Source: Candidatus Peregrinibacteria bacterium
Lineage (GTDB): Bacteria; Patescibacteriota; Gracilibacteria; UBA1369
Assembly: GCA_963708185.1 (NCBI GenBank)
Contig: OY970195.1
Location: 416,001 to 480,000 of the forward strand
DNA length: 64,000 nucleotides
Direction of reading: 5' to 3'
The translations under genes and the position numbers were made by a program. Positions 1 through 10,525 of the stretch are shown piece after piece. The notes beneath the pieces are model-generated. The model saw only the letters and a program-made list of their open reading frames with translations. It had not been told where the DNA came from and searched no databases. Position 1 is the first letter of the stretch. The number at the start of each line of letters is the position of its first letter.

Positions 1-2
1 CC

Positions 3-1256
3 ACGCGTATGTTTTTGTATGCCAGCACCGCACCTTTGGCCGAAGACGTCAGGTTTTCTGAAAAACACGTGGAGGAGATGGTCAAGAAGTTCACGCTTCC
101 TCTTTGGAACAGCTACAGCTTTTTCGTGACCTACGCCAATATCGATCAATGGAAACCCAAGAAAGGGAAGGATTTTGAGCCCAAACATAAACTGGACAAA
201 TGGATCCTTTCGGAACTTAACCAGCTCATTCAGGCGGTGACGGAAAACATGGACGACTATAATCTGACGAAAGCGACGCGTCCGATGATGGATTTCGTCG
301 ATAACCTCAGCAACTGGTACATCCGCCGCAGCCGTCGCCGTTTCTGGAAATCCGAGAACGATACGGACAAGGTCGAAGCTTACCGGACACTTCATACCGT
401 GTTGGTGGAATTTTCGAAGCTGCTCGCTCCGTTCATGCCTTTTCTCGCCGATGAGATTTACAGGAATCTGACCGGTGAAGAATCCGTTCATTTGGCGAAC
501 TGGCCCAAGGCGAAAACTGCGCACATCCAGCCGGAGCTCAATGAGGAAACGGCTCTCGTTCGCAAGATCGTCACGTTGGGTCATGCCGTCCGCGACAAGG
601 CCAATATTAAAGTCCGTCAGCCGTTGGGGCTGGCACAGGTTGGTGTCCCGGTTACCGTTGATGCGAAACTCGTGTTGGCACAGAAAGACGTGATCTGTGA
701 AGAGCTGAACGTGAAAGATCTGGAAATTTTAAGTGACGTTCAGGATATCGTGAAATACTTCGTGATGCCGAATGCGCGCGTGCTCGGTCCGAAGTACGGG
801 AAAGACGTCCAGACGATCATCCAGAAAGCCAAGGCCGGGGATTTTAGCATCGAAGACGGGGGCAAAGTGAAGGTCGGTGAATTTACGCTCGAACCTGATG
901 AGGTCCAGGTCGGTTTCCAGGGGAAGTCCGGGTTTGACGTCGCCAGTGCGGACGGGATTTCGGTGGTTCTTGATACCACGGTTTCCAAAGAACTCAAACA
1001 GGAAGGTTACGCCCGCGAAGTTGTCCGTTTCATCCAGGATCTTCGGAAAGATGCGTCATACAATGTGGACGACAGAATTTATGTTCTTGTCGCTGCAGAA
1101 GGGGAAGTTGCCGATGCCGTGACAAAGTTTGCGGATTACATCAGCCGTGAGACTCTTGCCATCGAGCTCCAGCAGAAGGGTGATTTGGAGTGGGACAAGG
1201 AAAAAACCGTGGATGTGGAAGGAACCGCAGTGAAGATTGCGGTGAGACGTGGATAA
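3..1256 (+). CDS. ileS: Isoleucyl-tRNA synthetase, C-terminal part (5' truncated by window edge)
   Basis: LWNSYSFF, LDKWILSEL, LSNWYIRRSRRRFW, LAPFMPF, SVHL, KVRQPL, ELNVK and EGYAREVVRFIQDLRK motifs of type 2 IleRS. Confidence 0.97.
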   Translation, partial: TRMFLYASTAPLAEDVRFSEKHVEEMVKKFTLPLWNSYSFFVTYANIDQWKPKKGKDFEPKHKLDKWILSELNQLIQAVTENMDDYNLTKATRPMMDFVDNLSNWYIRRSRRRFWKSENDTDKVEAYRTLHTVLVEFSKLLAPFMPFLADEIYRNLTGEESVHLANWPKAKTAHIQPELNEETALVRKIVTLGHAVRDKANIKVRQPLGLAQVGVPVTVDAKLVLAQKDVICEELNVKDLEILSDVQDIVKYFVMPNARVLGPKYGKDVQTIIQKAKAGDFSIEDGGKVKVGEFTLEPDEVQVGFQGKSGFDVASADGISVVLDTTVSKELKQEGYAREVVRFIQDLRKDASYNVDDRIYVLVAAEGEVADAVTKFADYISRETLAIELQQKGDLEWDKEKTVDVEGTAVKIAVRRG

Positions 1257-1288
1257 AGCTATAATCCGTACAGCGTTTTTAGAAAATT

Positions 1289-1660
1289 ATGCTCAAGAAA
1301 ATTCTTATCGGCATTGTCCTCAACGGTATCGCACTCTACGCGGTGGCAAAACTGGTTACGGATCTGCAGTACACCGGCGGATTCATGTTCTTTTTGATCG
1401 GCGGCGTTATCATCGGAACGCTCAATACCTTCGTAAAACCTTTGATGAAGCTGCTATCTTTCCCGGTGGTCATGCTCACGGCCGGATTGTTCAGTTTTGT
1501 CATTAACGTCATCATCTTTTGGTTGACTGTCAAGGTTGTGAATGGTATACATTTTTCCGATGTCACGGTCACCGTGGGCAGTATCTGGACATATTTTATC
1601 GCTGCGCTGGTTTTCGGCATCATGAACTGGATCCTGCATATTTTAATTCCTAATAAATAA
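1289..1660 (+). CDS. YvlD/phage holin family 4-TM membrane protein
   Basis: LNTFVKPLMKLLSFPVVMLTAGLFSFVIN signature; four hydrophobic segments. Confidence 0.85.
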   Translation: MLKKILIGIVLNGIALYAVAKLVTDLQYTGGFMFFLIGGVIIGTLNTFVKPLMKLLSFPVVMLTAGLFSFVINVIIFWLTVKVVNGIHFSDVTVTVGSIWTYFIAALVFGIMNWILHILIPNK

Positions 1661-1671
1661 TTGTCTCCGTT

Positions 1672-1893
1672 ATGTTCCACACGATTTTGAAATATTTCGA
1701 ACTGGTCGTTTCTTTCCTGCTCATTGGTGCGATTCTTGTCCAGAACAGAAGTTCCGGGCTGAGCGCCACCTTTGGAGGCAGCGGCACTATCCACGTCAAA
1801 AAACGCGGAGCTGAAAAGGTCATTTACAATGCAACTATTGTCCTCGCTGTTCTCTTCGTAGGCAGCTCGATTCTTGCACTTTTTGTGCGCTAG
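1672..1893 (+). CDS. secG: Preprotein translocase subunit SecG
   Basis: 73 aa, two TMs, ILVQNRSSGLSATFGG and KRGAEK motifs. Confidence 0.93.
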   Translation: MFHTILKYFELVVSFLLIGAILVQNRSSGLSATFGGSGTIHVKKRGAEKVIYNATIVLAVLFVGSSILALFVR

Positions 1894-1923
1894 AAGGGGT
1901 TCGTTCAATTTTTCTCTTCGTTT

Positions 1924-3606
1924 ATGAAGCGACTGTGGAAGATATTCGTCAGAGTTCTTCGCTCGTACAGTGTTGAAGAAAAAGTCATCACTATTATTGT
2001 TTTCGGGATCGTGGTTTTTGTTTTGGCCCAAGCGATTGTTGATGTTTTTAAAAGACCGAATGTTTTTACCATGGACGGGCGTTCTTTTACGGAAGGAATG
2101 GTCAGTGACCGGCCGGTCATCATCAATCCGCTTTACGTGGACTTTAACGATTCGGGGCGCGATATTTCGAGCCTGGTTTTTTCGGGTTTAAGCAAATATG
2201 ACCCCGCAAACCACGCTTTCGTCGACGATATGGCTACTTTGGCGATTTCCGAGGATAAAATGACCTACAGCTATACGCTCAAGCCGAACATTCTTTGGCA
2301 GGACGGACAGCCGGTGACGGCTGATGATGTGTATTTCACCTACCATGACATCATTCAGAGTCCGGATTTCCAGAATCCGGTCATCAAGGTCGATTTTGAC
2401 GGGGTTGATATCAAGGAGGTCAACAGCAAAACGATCGAGTTCAAGCTCAAGAAACCCAACGCGTTCTTCATCACCAATATGAACGTCGGCATTCTGCCGA
2501 AACACCTTCTGGCCGATACGCCGGTGTCCGAACTGCCCACTTCGCAGTTCAACGTGAAACCAGTGGGGACGGGTCCATACATGGTTGATGCTCCCGTGGA
2601 GATTTTTGATGACGGAAGAGAGAAAGTTTCCTTGAAAGCTTTTGAGAATTTTTACGGCAACAGGCCGCAAATTAACCAGATCCATTTCAATATTTATCCG
2701 AATTTCGATAATCTGCTCGATGAAATCGGCACGGTCAATATTATCGCCAAGGTTCCGACCGCGAACCTGGGCGACGTTCAAAAGACGGGAAGGTTTTCTT
2801 TGATGAACTACGAACTTCCCCAATATACCGCCGTTTTCTTCAATATGGATAACGAAGCGCTTAAAAAAGACAAGGTAAGGGTCGGACTCCTGAAAGCGGT
2901 CGATAAGCAGCAATTGCTTAAGCAATTCAGCGATAAAATTGCCGTCGATACCCCCTTGCTGGAGTTGAACCAGGAAGATTGGATTTATAAACCGAGCCTC
3001 GAAGAGGCGCAGGGAGCGATGTACGATGCCGGATACAAGATCGACAAGACCAAAGACCAGCCTTTCCGTGTGGATAAGGACGGAAAACAGCTTTCGTTCA
3101 CGCTTCTTGCGCGAGCATATGATGAAGGGACGGCTTTGGCCGATGAAACCCAGAAAACCGTTCAGTTTTTAAAGGACCAGTGGGCTCAGCTTGGCATTGC
3201 CATCGATGTTCAGATGGTTGATGGAGATACCTACCTCAAACGCCTCCAGGCGAGAGATTACGACATGGCGTTAGTTGGGCAGAGCCTTGGATACAACCTC
3301 GATACTTATTCCTACTGGCATTCGACCCAGGCTACCGCCAAAGGGTTGAATCTTTCCAATTACAAGAGTTTCGCGGCGGATCAGCTCATTGAGAAGATCC
3401 GTGACACTTTTGATCCGACCGTGAAAGCCGATGACCTCAAACAATTGGCAAAGGTGATTGCTGACGACGTTCCGGCCGTGTTTTTGTACAGACCGAAATA
3501 CACGCTGGCCACAGACAACAAGGTCCATGGCCTTACTCTCGACAATCTTGCTTTCCCCAGCGACCGTTTTGCAGGCATCGCCAAATGGTGCGTCGTCTGT
3601 CAGTAA
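1924..3606 (+). CDS. Peptide ABC transporter substrate-binding protein (family 5), N-terminal TM anchor
   Basis: WQDGQPVTADDVYFTY, PVGTGPY, NLSNY and DVPAVFLY motifs. Confidence 0.9.
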   Translation: MKRLWKIFVRVLRSYSVEEKVITIIVFGIVVFVLAQAIVDVFKRPNVFTMDGRSFTEGMVSDRPVIINPLYVDFNDSGRDISSLVFSGLSKYDPANHAFVDDMATLAISEDKMTYSYTLKPNILWQDGQPVTADDVYFTYHDIIQSPDFQNPVIKVDFDGVDIKEVNSKTIEFKLKKPNAFFITNMNVGILPKHLLADTPVSELPTSQFNVKPVGTGPYMVDAPVEIFDDGREKVSLKAFENFYGNRPQINQIHFNIYPNFDNLLDEIGTVNIIAKVPTANLGDVQKTGRFSLMNYELPQYTAVFFNMDNEALKKDKVRVGLLKAVDKQQLLKQFSDKIAVDTPLLELNQEDWIYKPSLEEAQGAMYDAGYKIDKTKDQPFRVDKDGKQLSFTLLARAYDEGTALADETQKTVQFLKDQWAQLGIAIDVQMVDGDTYLKRLQARDYDMALVGQSLGYNLDTYSYWHSTQATAKGLNLSNYKSFAADQLIEKIRDTFDPTVKADDLKQLAKVIADDVPAVFLYRPKYTLATDNKVHGLTLDNLAFPSDRFAGIAKWCVVCQ

Positions 3607-3668
3607 GTTTTGCTTTTTCCCGGGTCCTTCAGTACAATTTGATCGATATATTTCTTCATATTCGAACT

Positions 3669-4115
3669 ATGCAGGTTATTTTACGGCAGAACGTTCCCAA
3701 CCTCGGCAAGAAGGGCGAAGTCAAGAACGTCAAAGACGGATATTTCATGAATTTTCTCCAGCCGAGAAACCTTGCGGCGGTTGCGACTGCTGCCGCGGTG
3801 AAACATTCCGAAGAAATTCGAAAGCGCGAGGTTGTCCAGCATGAACGTATCCAGGAACAGGCCTCGGAAATCAAGGAAAAACTTAAGGGATTGAAGATCA
3901 CCCTCAAGGCCAAAGCCAAAGGAGATAAACTTTACGGTTCCATTACTGAAAAGGAGATTCTTGACGCTCTCGAAGAGAAAATCAACGTGCGACTCGAAAA
4001 GGACAATCTACTCCTTTCCGAGCACATCAAGGTGGTGGGAACCTATGAGGTCCCGGTGCGTCTTACGGAAGGCGTGGAAGGAAAATTCACGCTTGATGTC
4101 AAAGCTGAAAAGTAG
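3669..4115 (+). CDS. rplI: 50S ribosomal protein L9
   Basis: MQVIL..VPNLGKKGEVKNVKDGY..NFL.P and KLYGSI; start moved to ATG 3669. Confidence 0.97.
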   Translation: MQVILRQNVPNLGKKGEVKNVKDGYFMNFLQPRNLAAVATAAAVKHSEEIRKREVVQHERIQEQASEIKEKLKGLKITLKAKAKGDKLYGSITEKEILDALEEKINVRLEKDNLLLSEHIKVVGTYEVPVRLTEGVEGKFTLDVKAEK

Positions 4116-4138
4116 GCGTTTTATCCATTATTCTTGAC

Positions 4139-4549
4139 ATGTTGTTCAAAGGGAAAATCCTCGGCATTGATTACGGTACACGGAATATAGGCCTGGCTGT
4201 CAGTGACGACGCCAGGCTTTTGGCTTTTGGAAGAGGTGTTTTGGACAGGACCAAAGGGTTTGATGATGTGGTCCGGAAAATAAAGGCGCTCTGCGAGAAA
4301 GAAAATGTCAGCGTGATCGTTTTCGGCTTGCCTCTCGATGATGAAGGCCAAGAAGTGGAAACGGCGGGGAAAATACGTAATTTCGTCAAAAAATTTGGAT
4401 TACACTTTCCCGGAATGCCCATCCATTTTATCGATGAATCTTTTTCTTCCTTTGAAGCTCAGAATTTACAGCGTGAATCCAAACGTTACGGTCACGACGA
4501 CGAACTTGCCGCCACGATCATTCTCCAGCGTTATCTGGATACGCTTTGA
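4139..4549 (+). CDS. ruvX: YqgF/RuvX family nuclease
   Basis: ILGIDYGTRNIGLAVSD, VFGLP, DESFSS, DELAATIILQRYL. Confidence 0.93.
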   Translation: MLFKGKILGIDYGTRNIGLAVSDDARLLAFGRGVLDRTKGFDDVVRKIKALCEKENVSVIVFGLPLDDEGQEVETAGKIRNFVKKFGLHFPGMPIHFIDESFSSFEAQNLQRESKRYGHDDELAATIILQRYLDTL

Positions 4550-4608
4550 TTCGCTTTTTAGAGCTTTTTTGGCTATACTTCCTTTGAAATACTTCGTTTA
4601 AGACTCGT

Positions 4609-7335
4609 ATGGAGTTGCTCGACATTCTGTTATGGTTGATTGGTGGCATCGTCGCTTTTGTTCTCTTCCTTGTATTGTTGGAACTTTTTGTCCGTTCACA
4701 GCAAAAGAGACGCTGCGGGAAAGAACCTTCAACCGTGCTTTCGGTCCGTGTGTCCAAGGATAATGAAACGGGGCCGATTGTCGCAGAACAGATCTTTTCA
4801 ACCGTCCACGGGATTGCCAAGAAATTGAGTTTCTGGGATCGTCTTCGCGGGTATGATCAAGATCAGGTGAGTTTTGAAGTTGCGAACATTGGCAGAAGTA
4901 TCAGATTTTTTGTTCATTTTCCGACGAAATTGAGGAACCTGGTCGAAGGTCAGATCTACGCCCAGTATCCCAACGTTGAAATCGTTGAAGTGGAGGACTA
5001 TGCGTCACCGAGTGAGGTTGAGGTCAGTCCCGGTGAACAGAAATCACCGGAGGAGGGAAGGTCCGTGGCTATCATTCCGGCAGCGAACGTCCCGGCGATG
5101 AAAGAAATAACTCCAGGCAAGTTCAATAAAATCAGTGAATTCAAAAATGCCGTGGGATTGGAACTGGCGCTTGCCGAACCGGATATTTTTCCGATCAAGC
5201 GTTATCCTCAATTTGAGGATAAAAAAGCGAAAGTTTCCCTCGATCCACTTGCAGCCGTTACGGCGACGCTCGCCAAGTTCAACGATAACGACGAGCAGGC
5301 CTGGATCCAGATCATCGCCAAACCGATGGAAGAGAAATGGCGCATGGTTTTCGTCAAATGCATCCGGATTTTAAAGAAAGGCATTTTCCTCAACATCGAC
5401 ACGTTCCAAAAGGCCTATGCGCGGGCATTCTGTACCAGAAGCAAGCTTTTGCGCATCATATTTTTCCCTGTGTACTGGATCATGTGGTTTCAGGGTGTTT
5501 TTTCAGGGACTTCCGTTCTGGATGCTGGCGGTCACGGTTCCGATGAAGAGGTTGAAGAACAGATTTCCAAAACCCATGAGAAAGAGACCTCGATGGTCGC
5601 CGCGATCGACAAAGTCGGCAAACTTCTCTATGAGGTCAGTATCCGTATCGTCTATGTTCCCAAGGAAAAAAATCCAGACGTCGCTCTGCTGAAACTCAGA
5701 GAAATCGCGGGTTCCTTCAAACAGTTCAACATTCCGCATCTTAACGGATTTCACGTCGAAAAAATCATCAAGAGCGATGCCATCGTGGAGACTTACCGTA
5801 AACGTGAAATGAGCCATCCGTTTGTGCTGAACGTGGAAGAACTGGCGACGATCTACCATCTCCCGAACACCACCGTCATGACGCCGAATATTTATTGGGT
5901 GCGTTCCAAGAAGATCGAACCTCCCAATGATCTGCCGACGCCCAAATCCGTTCCGGAAGCCGATTTTACCATGCTCGGAAAAACGAACTTCCGCGGCAGC
6001 AATCAGGAGTTCGGTATCAAGACCCTGGACCGTCGCAGACACATTTACATCATAGGTAAAACGGGTATGGGTAAATCCACGCTGCTTGAGAACATGATCT
6101 TTTCGGACATCCAGGCCGGCAAAGGGGTGGGCGTCGTGGACCCGCACGGTGATCTCGCCGAAGCCGTGCTTGATTTTGTCCCATCGAGGAGAACGAATGA
6201 CGTCATCTTGTTCGATCCTTCGGACCGCGACTATCCGGTTGCGTTCAATATGCTTGAAAATATCGATCCTGCCTTGAACACGATCGTATGTTCTGGGCTG
6301 GTGGGCATTTTTAAGAAGATTTACGGTGAAAGCTGGGGTCCCCGTCTTGAACACATTTTGCGCAATACGATTCTTTCCCTGCTGGAGTATCCGAATACGA
6401 CGATGCTCGGTATTCCCAGGGTTTTGCAGGACAAAGAGTTCAGGGGACGTGTTATCCGCAAGATCAAAGACCCTATCGTCAAAAGTTTCTGGATGAATGA
6501 GTTCGAAAAGATGGATCCCAAGAACCGCGTCGAAGCAATCTCGCCGATTTTGAACAAAGTCGGACAGTTTCTTTCTTCCCCGATCATCCGGAATATTCTC
6601 GGCCAGCCGCAAAGTACGCTTGATCTGCGTTTTGCGATGGATCACAACAAGATCATTATCGTCAACCTTTCCAAGGGAAGGATCGGTGAAGACACGTCGT
6701 CGCTTTTGGGTGCCATGATCATTACCAAGTTCCAGCTCGACGCCATGAGCCGTGCCAATGTTCCGGAGAAAGATCGTAAGGATTTTTACCTTTACGTTGA
6801 TGAGTTCCAGAATTTCGCGACCGACTCTTTCGCGACGATTCTTTCCGAAGCCCGTAAATATCGTCTCAACCTCACCATGGCCAACCAGTATATCGCCCAG
6901 ATGCCGGAAGAGGTCCGAGATGCAGTGTTCGGTAACGTCGGTACGATCATTTCCTTCCAGGTAGGTTTCGATGACGCCGAGTATTTGAGCGGTCAATACG
7001 GTGAGGAAGTGCTCCCCAATGATCTCGTCGCTCTCAGTAAATATACCGCGTATTCGCGTCTGCTCATCGACGGTATGCCTTCCAAAACGTTTTCGTTCGA
7101 CACGCTGCCTCCACCGAACCTTGAGGTCGAAGAAGGCCGCAAAGAAAAAGTCATCAAGCTTTCACGCGAACGTTACTCCACTCACCGCGAGATCGTGGAA
7201 GATAAAATCCGCCGCTGGAGCGAGGGTGCCCAGATTGGAGAAGGGGATGATAAAAAACCGTTACCGACACGAAAAAATAAACCGACGCTTCCGTCCAAAG
7301 AGGTTCCACCCAAAAAGCCGGGTTCGGAGGACTAA
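4609..7335 (+). CDS. VirD4/TraD-like coupling ATPase with N-terminal membrane region (CPR type)
   Basis: RRHIYIIGKTGMGKS (Walker A), DPHGD, WGPRLE, LYVDEFQNF (Walker B), LSEARKY, ANQY. Confidence 0.88.
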   Translation: MELLDILLWLIGGIVAFVLFLVLLELFVRSQQKRRCGKEPSTVLSVRVSKDNETGPIVAEQIFSTVHGIAKKLSFWDRLRGYDQDQVSFEVANIGRSIRFFVHFPTKLRNLVEGQIYAQYPNVEIVEVEDYASPSEVEVSPGEQKSPEEGRSVAIIPAANVPAMKEITPGKFNKISEFKNAVGLELALAEPDIFPIKRYPQFEDKKAKVSLDPLAAVTATLAKFNDNDEQAWIQIIAKPMEEKWRMVFVKCIRILKKGIFLNIDTFQKAYARAFCTRSKLLRIIFFPVYWIMWFQGVFSGTSVLDAGGHGSDEEVEEQISKTHEKETSMVAAIDKVGKLLYEVSIRIVYVPKEKNPDVALLKLREIAGSFKQFNIPHLNGFHVEKIIKSDAIVETYRKREMSHPFVLNVEELATIYHLPNTTVMTPNIYWVRSKKIEPPNDLPTPKSVPEADFTMLGKTNFRGSNQEFGIKTLDRRRHIYIIGKTGMGKSTLLENMIFSDIQAGKGVGVVDPHGDLAEAVLDFVPSRRTNDVILFDPSDRDYPVAFNMLENIDPALNTIVCSGLVGIFKKIYGESWGPRLEHILRNTILSLLEYPNTTMLGIPRVLQDKEFRGRVIRKIKDPIVKSFWMNEFEKMDPKNRVEAISPILNKVGQFLSSPIIRNILGQPQSTLDLRFAMDHNKIIIVNLSKGRIGEDTSSLLGAMIITKFQLDAMSRANVPEKDRKDFYLYVDEFQNFATDSFATILSEARKYRLNLTMANQYIAQMPEEVRDAVFGNVGTIISFQVGFDDAEYLSGQYGEEVLPNDLVALSKYTAYSRLLIDGMPSKTFSFDTLPPPNLEVEEGRKEKVIKLSRERYSTHREIVEDKIRRWSEGAQIGEGDDKKPLPTRKNKPTLPSKEVPPKKPGSED

Positions 7336-7838
7336 TAAGAGTTATGTTTGTTATCCGAACATCGTTCTGTGAGTCTCGGGTCCATTTGCCGATCCTCGGC
7401 GATTTTGTATTCGATCTTTGCTCTTCTGATACTGTCGTTGATGTCCTCAATTTTCCCGAAAAGTTCCGGATCTTGCGTGTAGAGGCTCAGGGCGTTGTAG
7501 CAGGCGCTTTTGCAGTCGGATATGACACTGTGGACGTCCTTGAACGTTGAACACTGGCGGTTACCGCTTTCAATGCTGTTCATGTAAAAAGTGATGCTTT
7601 TCCCAAGACTTTTGCAGTCTCTGAGATTGGATTCGAGTGCATTCTTTTTCAGTTCCTTTTCGTTTTCCTGAGCTTTTTCGATACCTTCTTTTTCGCGTTG
7701 CTGGGCTGTAGCGACCTCTTCATTGATTTTATCCCTAAGGGCGTTCTGTTTGAATCCATTGTATCCCGTGCAAAGGCCAGTACCAAATGCGAGCGCGCCG
7801 ACGAGCATGGTTTTTTCGAAGTGTCCGAACTTTTCCAT
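7332..7838 (-). CDS. Hypothetical membrane-anchored coiled-coil protein with several Cys
   Basis: ORF fills the gap; N-terminal hydrophobic segment then K/E-rich helix; start 7838 is tentative. Confidence 0.6.
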   Translation of the reverse strand: MEKFGHFEKTMLVGALAFGTGLCTGYNGFKQNALRDKINEEVATAQQREKEGIEKAQENEKELKKNALESNLRDCKSLGKSITFYMNSIESGNRQCSTFKDVHSVISDCKSACYNALSLYTQDPELFGKIEDINDSIRRAKIEYKIAEDRQMDPRLTERCSDNKHNSY

Positions 7839-7946
7839 GGTTTCTGGTGAAAGGTTTGTTATTATAGTATTTTTTTTATGTATGTCAAATTTTGCCGCAG
7901 GGCCGCGAACTCTTCGCAAAGGAGGCATGAGCGTGCTATGCCGAAG

Positions 7947-9167
7947 CTATCTTCTTCTTTTTTTCTTCGGCGCTGGTTTTCCTTTTTGGAGGAGGACGGC
8001 GACTCCAGGAAGGACTTTCCCTTCAAGGAATTCCAGCATGGCGCCTCCTCCGGTTGATACAAAAGTAAAATGTTCTTCTTTGAAGCCAAGTCGTTTGACG
8101 GCTTCGATGGTGTCTCCGCCTCCGAGGATACTTTTGACGTTACGTGACCAGACAAGCGTTTGCGCGATAACGGCGGTGCCGTGACTGAACGGCTTGAGTT
8201 CGGAGAGGCCGAGCGGGCCGTTCCAGATGACTGTTTTTGATTTCTTGATGACCTCGGCGAATTTCTTGAGGGTTTTCGTGCCGATATCAAGAATTTTCAT
8301 CTCACCGATGACGTCTTCGACAGGAATGTCCAGTGTCTGGGCGTCGTTCGTGATTTCATCGGCCACGATGACGTCTTCAGGAAGAACGAAGGGGATGTGC
8401 ATCTGTTCGGCGGCCATCAGAGTATCCTGGGCGACATTGAGCTTGTTGGCTTCATACAGAGATTTCCCGACGTTATATCCTTGCGCTGCGAGAAAAGTGT
8501 TGGCCAGCCCACCCCCGATAAGAAAGGTGTCGGCTTTTCCGAGAAAGTTTTCGATGATGCCGATTTTGGTGTCGATCTTGGCCCCTCCGATGACCATCGT
8601 CAGCGGTTTGGCTGGTTTTTGGGTAAGTTTGGTGAGCTCTTCGATCTCTTTTTGCATGAGAAATCCGGCGTAGCTCGGGAGATACCTGGCGATGCCTGCC
8701 GTGGAAGCGTGGGCTCTGTGGGCTGTGGCGAAAGAATCACTGACGTAGACGTCGGCGAGTCCGGCGAGCTGTTTTGCGAAAGCTGGATCGTTTTTTTCTT
8801 CCCCGATGTGGAAACGCAGGTTTTCCAGAAACATCATCTGGCCGGGCTTCAGTTCTTCGGCGGCTTTCCGTACGGCGGGTCCGACGCTTTCTTTCATCAT
8901 TTTTACGGGTTTTTTGAGCAGTTTGGCCATATGTTCTGCAGCCGGACGCATGCTGAGGTCTTTGACGACCTTCCCCTCCGGGCGTCCCATGTGGGAGCAG
9001 AGGATGATTCTGGCTTTTTGCTTCAGGAGTTGCTTGATGGTGGGAAGCGTCTGTACGATGCGGGTGTCTTCAGAAACTTTTCCGTTTTTCATGGGAACGT
9101 TGAAATCCACACGTAAAAGGATTCGTTTTCCTTTGAGGTCGACGTTTTGGAACTTTCGAATATTCAT
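7947..9167 (-). CDS. pgk: Phosphoglycerate kinase
   Basis: RVDFNVP, SHMGRP, LENLRFH, AHRAHAS, GGGDT, STGGGAMLEFLEG. Confidence 0.98.
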   Translation of the reverse strand: MNIRKFQNVDLKGKRILLRVDFNVPMKNGKVSEDTRIVQTLPTIKQLLKQKARIILCSHMGRPEGKVVKDLSMRPAAEHMAKLLKKPVKMMKESVGPAVRKAAEELKPGQMMFLENLRFHIGEEKNDPAFAKQLAGLADVYVSDSFATAHRAHASTAGIARYLPSYAGFLMQKEIEELTKLTQKPAKPLTMVIGGAKIDTKIGIIENFLGKADTFLIGGGLANTFLAAQGYNVGKSLYEANKLNVAQDTLMAAEQMHIPFVLPEDVIVADEITNDAQTLDIPVEDVIGEMKILDIGTKTLKKFAEVIKKSKTVIWNGPLGLSELKPFSHGTAVIAQTLVWSRNVKSILGGGDTIEAVKRLGFKEEHFTFVSTGGGAMLEFLEGKVLPGVAVLLQKGKPAPKKKRRR

Positions 9168-9225
9168 AGACTGAACGAAAAGATTACTGTCTGTATTGTA
9201 ATGGCAGTCGTCCGGAATTTCCAGC

Positions 9226-9693
9226 TTATCGTCTGAGCAGCATGGCCATTTCTATCGCGGATTCTGCGTATTCTTTTCCTTTGTTCATTTTTCCTTTCGC
9301 CACGCGTTCTTTGGCCTGTTTGAGGTTGTTGGTGGTGAGAATGCCGAAGATAATGGGGGTGTCGCTGCAGAGGCTGATGTCCATCAAGCCGCGGTAGCAT
9401 TCGTTGGCAACGAGGTCGAAATGGGGAGTGTCTCCGCGGATGACGACTCCAAGGCAGATAATGACGTCGTAACGGTCTTTGAGCGCCAGGACGTTTGCGG
9501 TTACAGGAATTTCCAGAGCCCCTGGGACGCGGTACAGATCCATGTTTTTTTCCTTCACTCCGTGTTTGACGAGCGTTTCGCGTGTGTTTTTGAGCAGTTC
9601 ATTGCCGATATTGTCGTTATATCTGGAGAGGATAATCGCAAATTTGAAAGATTTTCCGTTCAGTTTTTCCGGCATTGATTTGGAAGTTTTCAT
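9226..9693 (-). CDS. ribH: 6,7-dimethyl-8-ribityllumazine synthase
   Basis: VPGALEIP, LGVVIRGDTPHFD, FGILT, NKGKEYAESAIEM. Confidence 0.96.
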   Translation of the reverse strand: MKTSKSMPEKLNGKSFKFAIILSRYNDNIGNELLKNTRETLVKHGVKEKNMDLYRVPGALEIPVTANVLALKDRYDVIICLGVVIRGDTPHFDLVANECYRGLMDISLCSDTPIIFGILTTNNLKQAKERVAKGKMNKGKEYAESAIEMAMLLRR

Positions 9694-9733
9694 GGAAGGT
9701 TGAATCAAGAATTAGTTTTCTGTTTTTATCATT

Positions 9734-10368
9734 TTAAATGAATCCGCGCTCTTTGAGAAAGAAATAGTTGGATTCGTCTTCTTTGTGATCGAGGAGATTC
9801 TCGAGGTAGCGGGCCAGCAGGTCTATTTCCACGTTCACCAGACCGTGTTTTTTGAGCTGTTTGAGGTTGGTGTTTTTGAGAGTATGGGGGATAAGGCTGA
9901 TTTCAAAACTCCGGGAATTGATTTTGGAGATGGTGAGGCTCACGCCGTTGACCGTTACCGACCCTTTGAGGCTGAAGTATTTGCCCATACCTTTGGGATA
10001 ATCAATGGTGAGAATCCTGGATTCACCTTCTTTTTTTTCGTCCGTTATTTTTCCGATAAAATCCACGTGTCCGCTCACAAAGTGGCCGTGAAAACGGTCG
10101 GAAGCCTGCATTGCAGGTTCCAGGTTCACGGATGTTTTTGGTTTGTAGCCGTCGCTGATCGTCAGCTTGAGTGTTTCCGGGATGGCTTCGACAGTGAAAA
10201 TCCGCCCCTTTTTTCCGGTCACGGTGAGGCAGGCTCCGTCGACGCTCACGGAATCCCCGGGTTTCAGTTTGCGGACCGTTTTCGGGGCTGATATGGAAAA
10301 TGTTTTGAGCCCTTTTTCTCTTTGACGCTGTCGATGATGCCGATCTCCTGAATGATTCCTGTGAACAT
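9734..10368 (-). CDS. ribE: Riboflavin synthase alpha chain (frameshift near 10315)
   Basis: MFTGIIQEIG starts at ATG 10368 in a different frame from GDSVSVDGACLTV...GHFVSGHVD...KGSVTVNGVSLT; one A missing in an A-run. Confidence 0.93.
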
Positions 10369-10525
10369 AAACAGTATTGTTTGAAGACCTCTTTATTGTT
10401 GATGAATATGGGAAAAAATGCAAGGTGACCTGGCAGCCGTTTTTAAAGATTTTTTAGGTTCGGCTGAGATTTTTTTCATCGTCGGACGGTTATGATCGGG
10501 ATGTTTATTTTTTAACTTTTCAGTT

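Noticed and set aside
1289-1660. Prophage suggested by the holin-family gene
   Set aside because: YvlD-type genes are common chromosomal genes, and there are no phage genes nearby.
5503-6996. 497-aa antisense ORF and similar antisense ORFs throughout the window
   Set aside because: They lie opposite well-conserved genes and have no recognisable motifs.
10305-10325. Programmed ribosomal frameshifting in ribE, recG, elp3 or umuC
   Set aside because: Shift directions are mixed, no consistent slippery site with a stimulator was seen, and the density of indels points to sequencing error.
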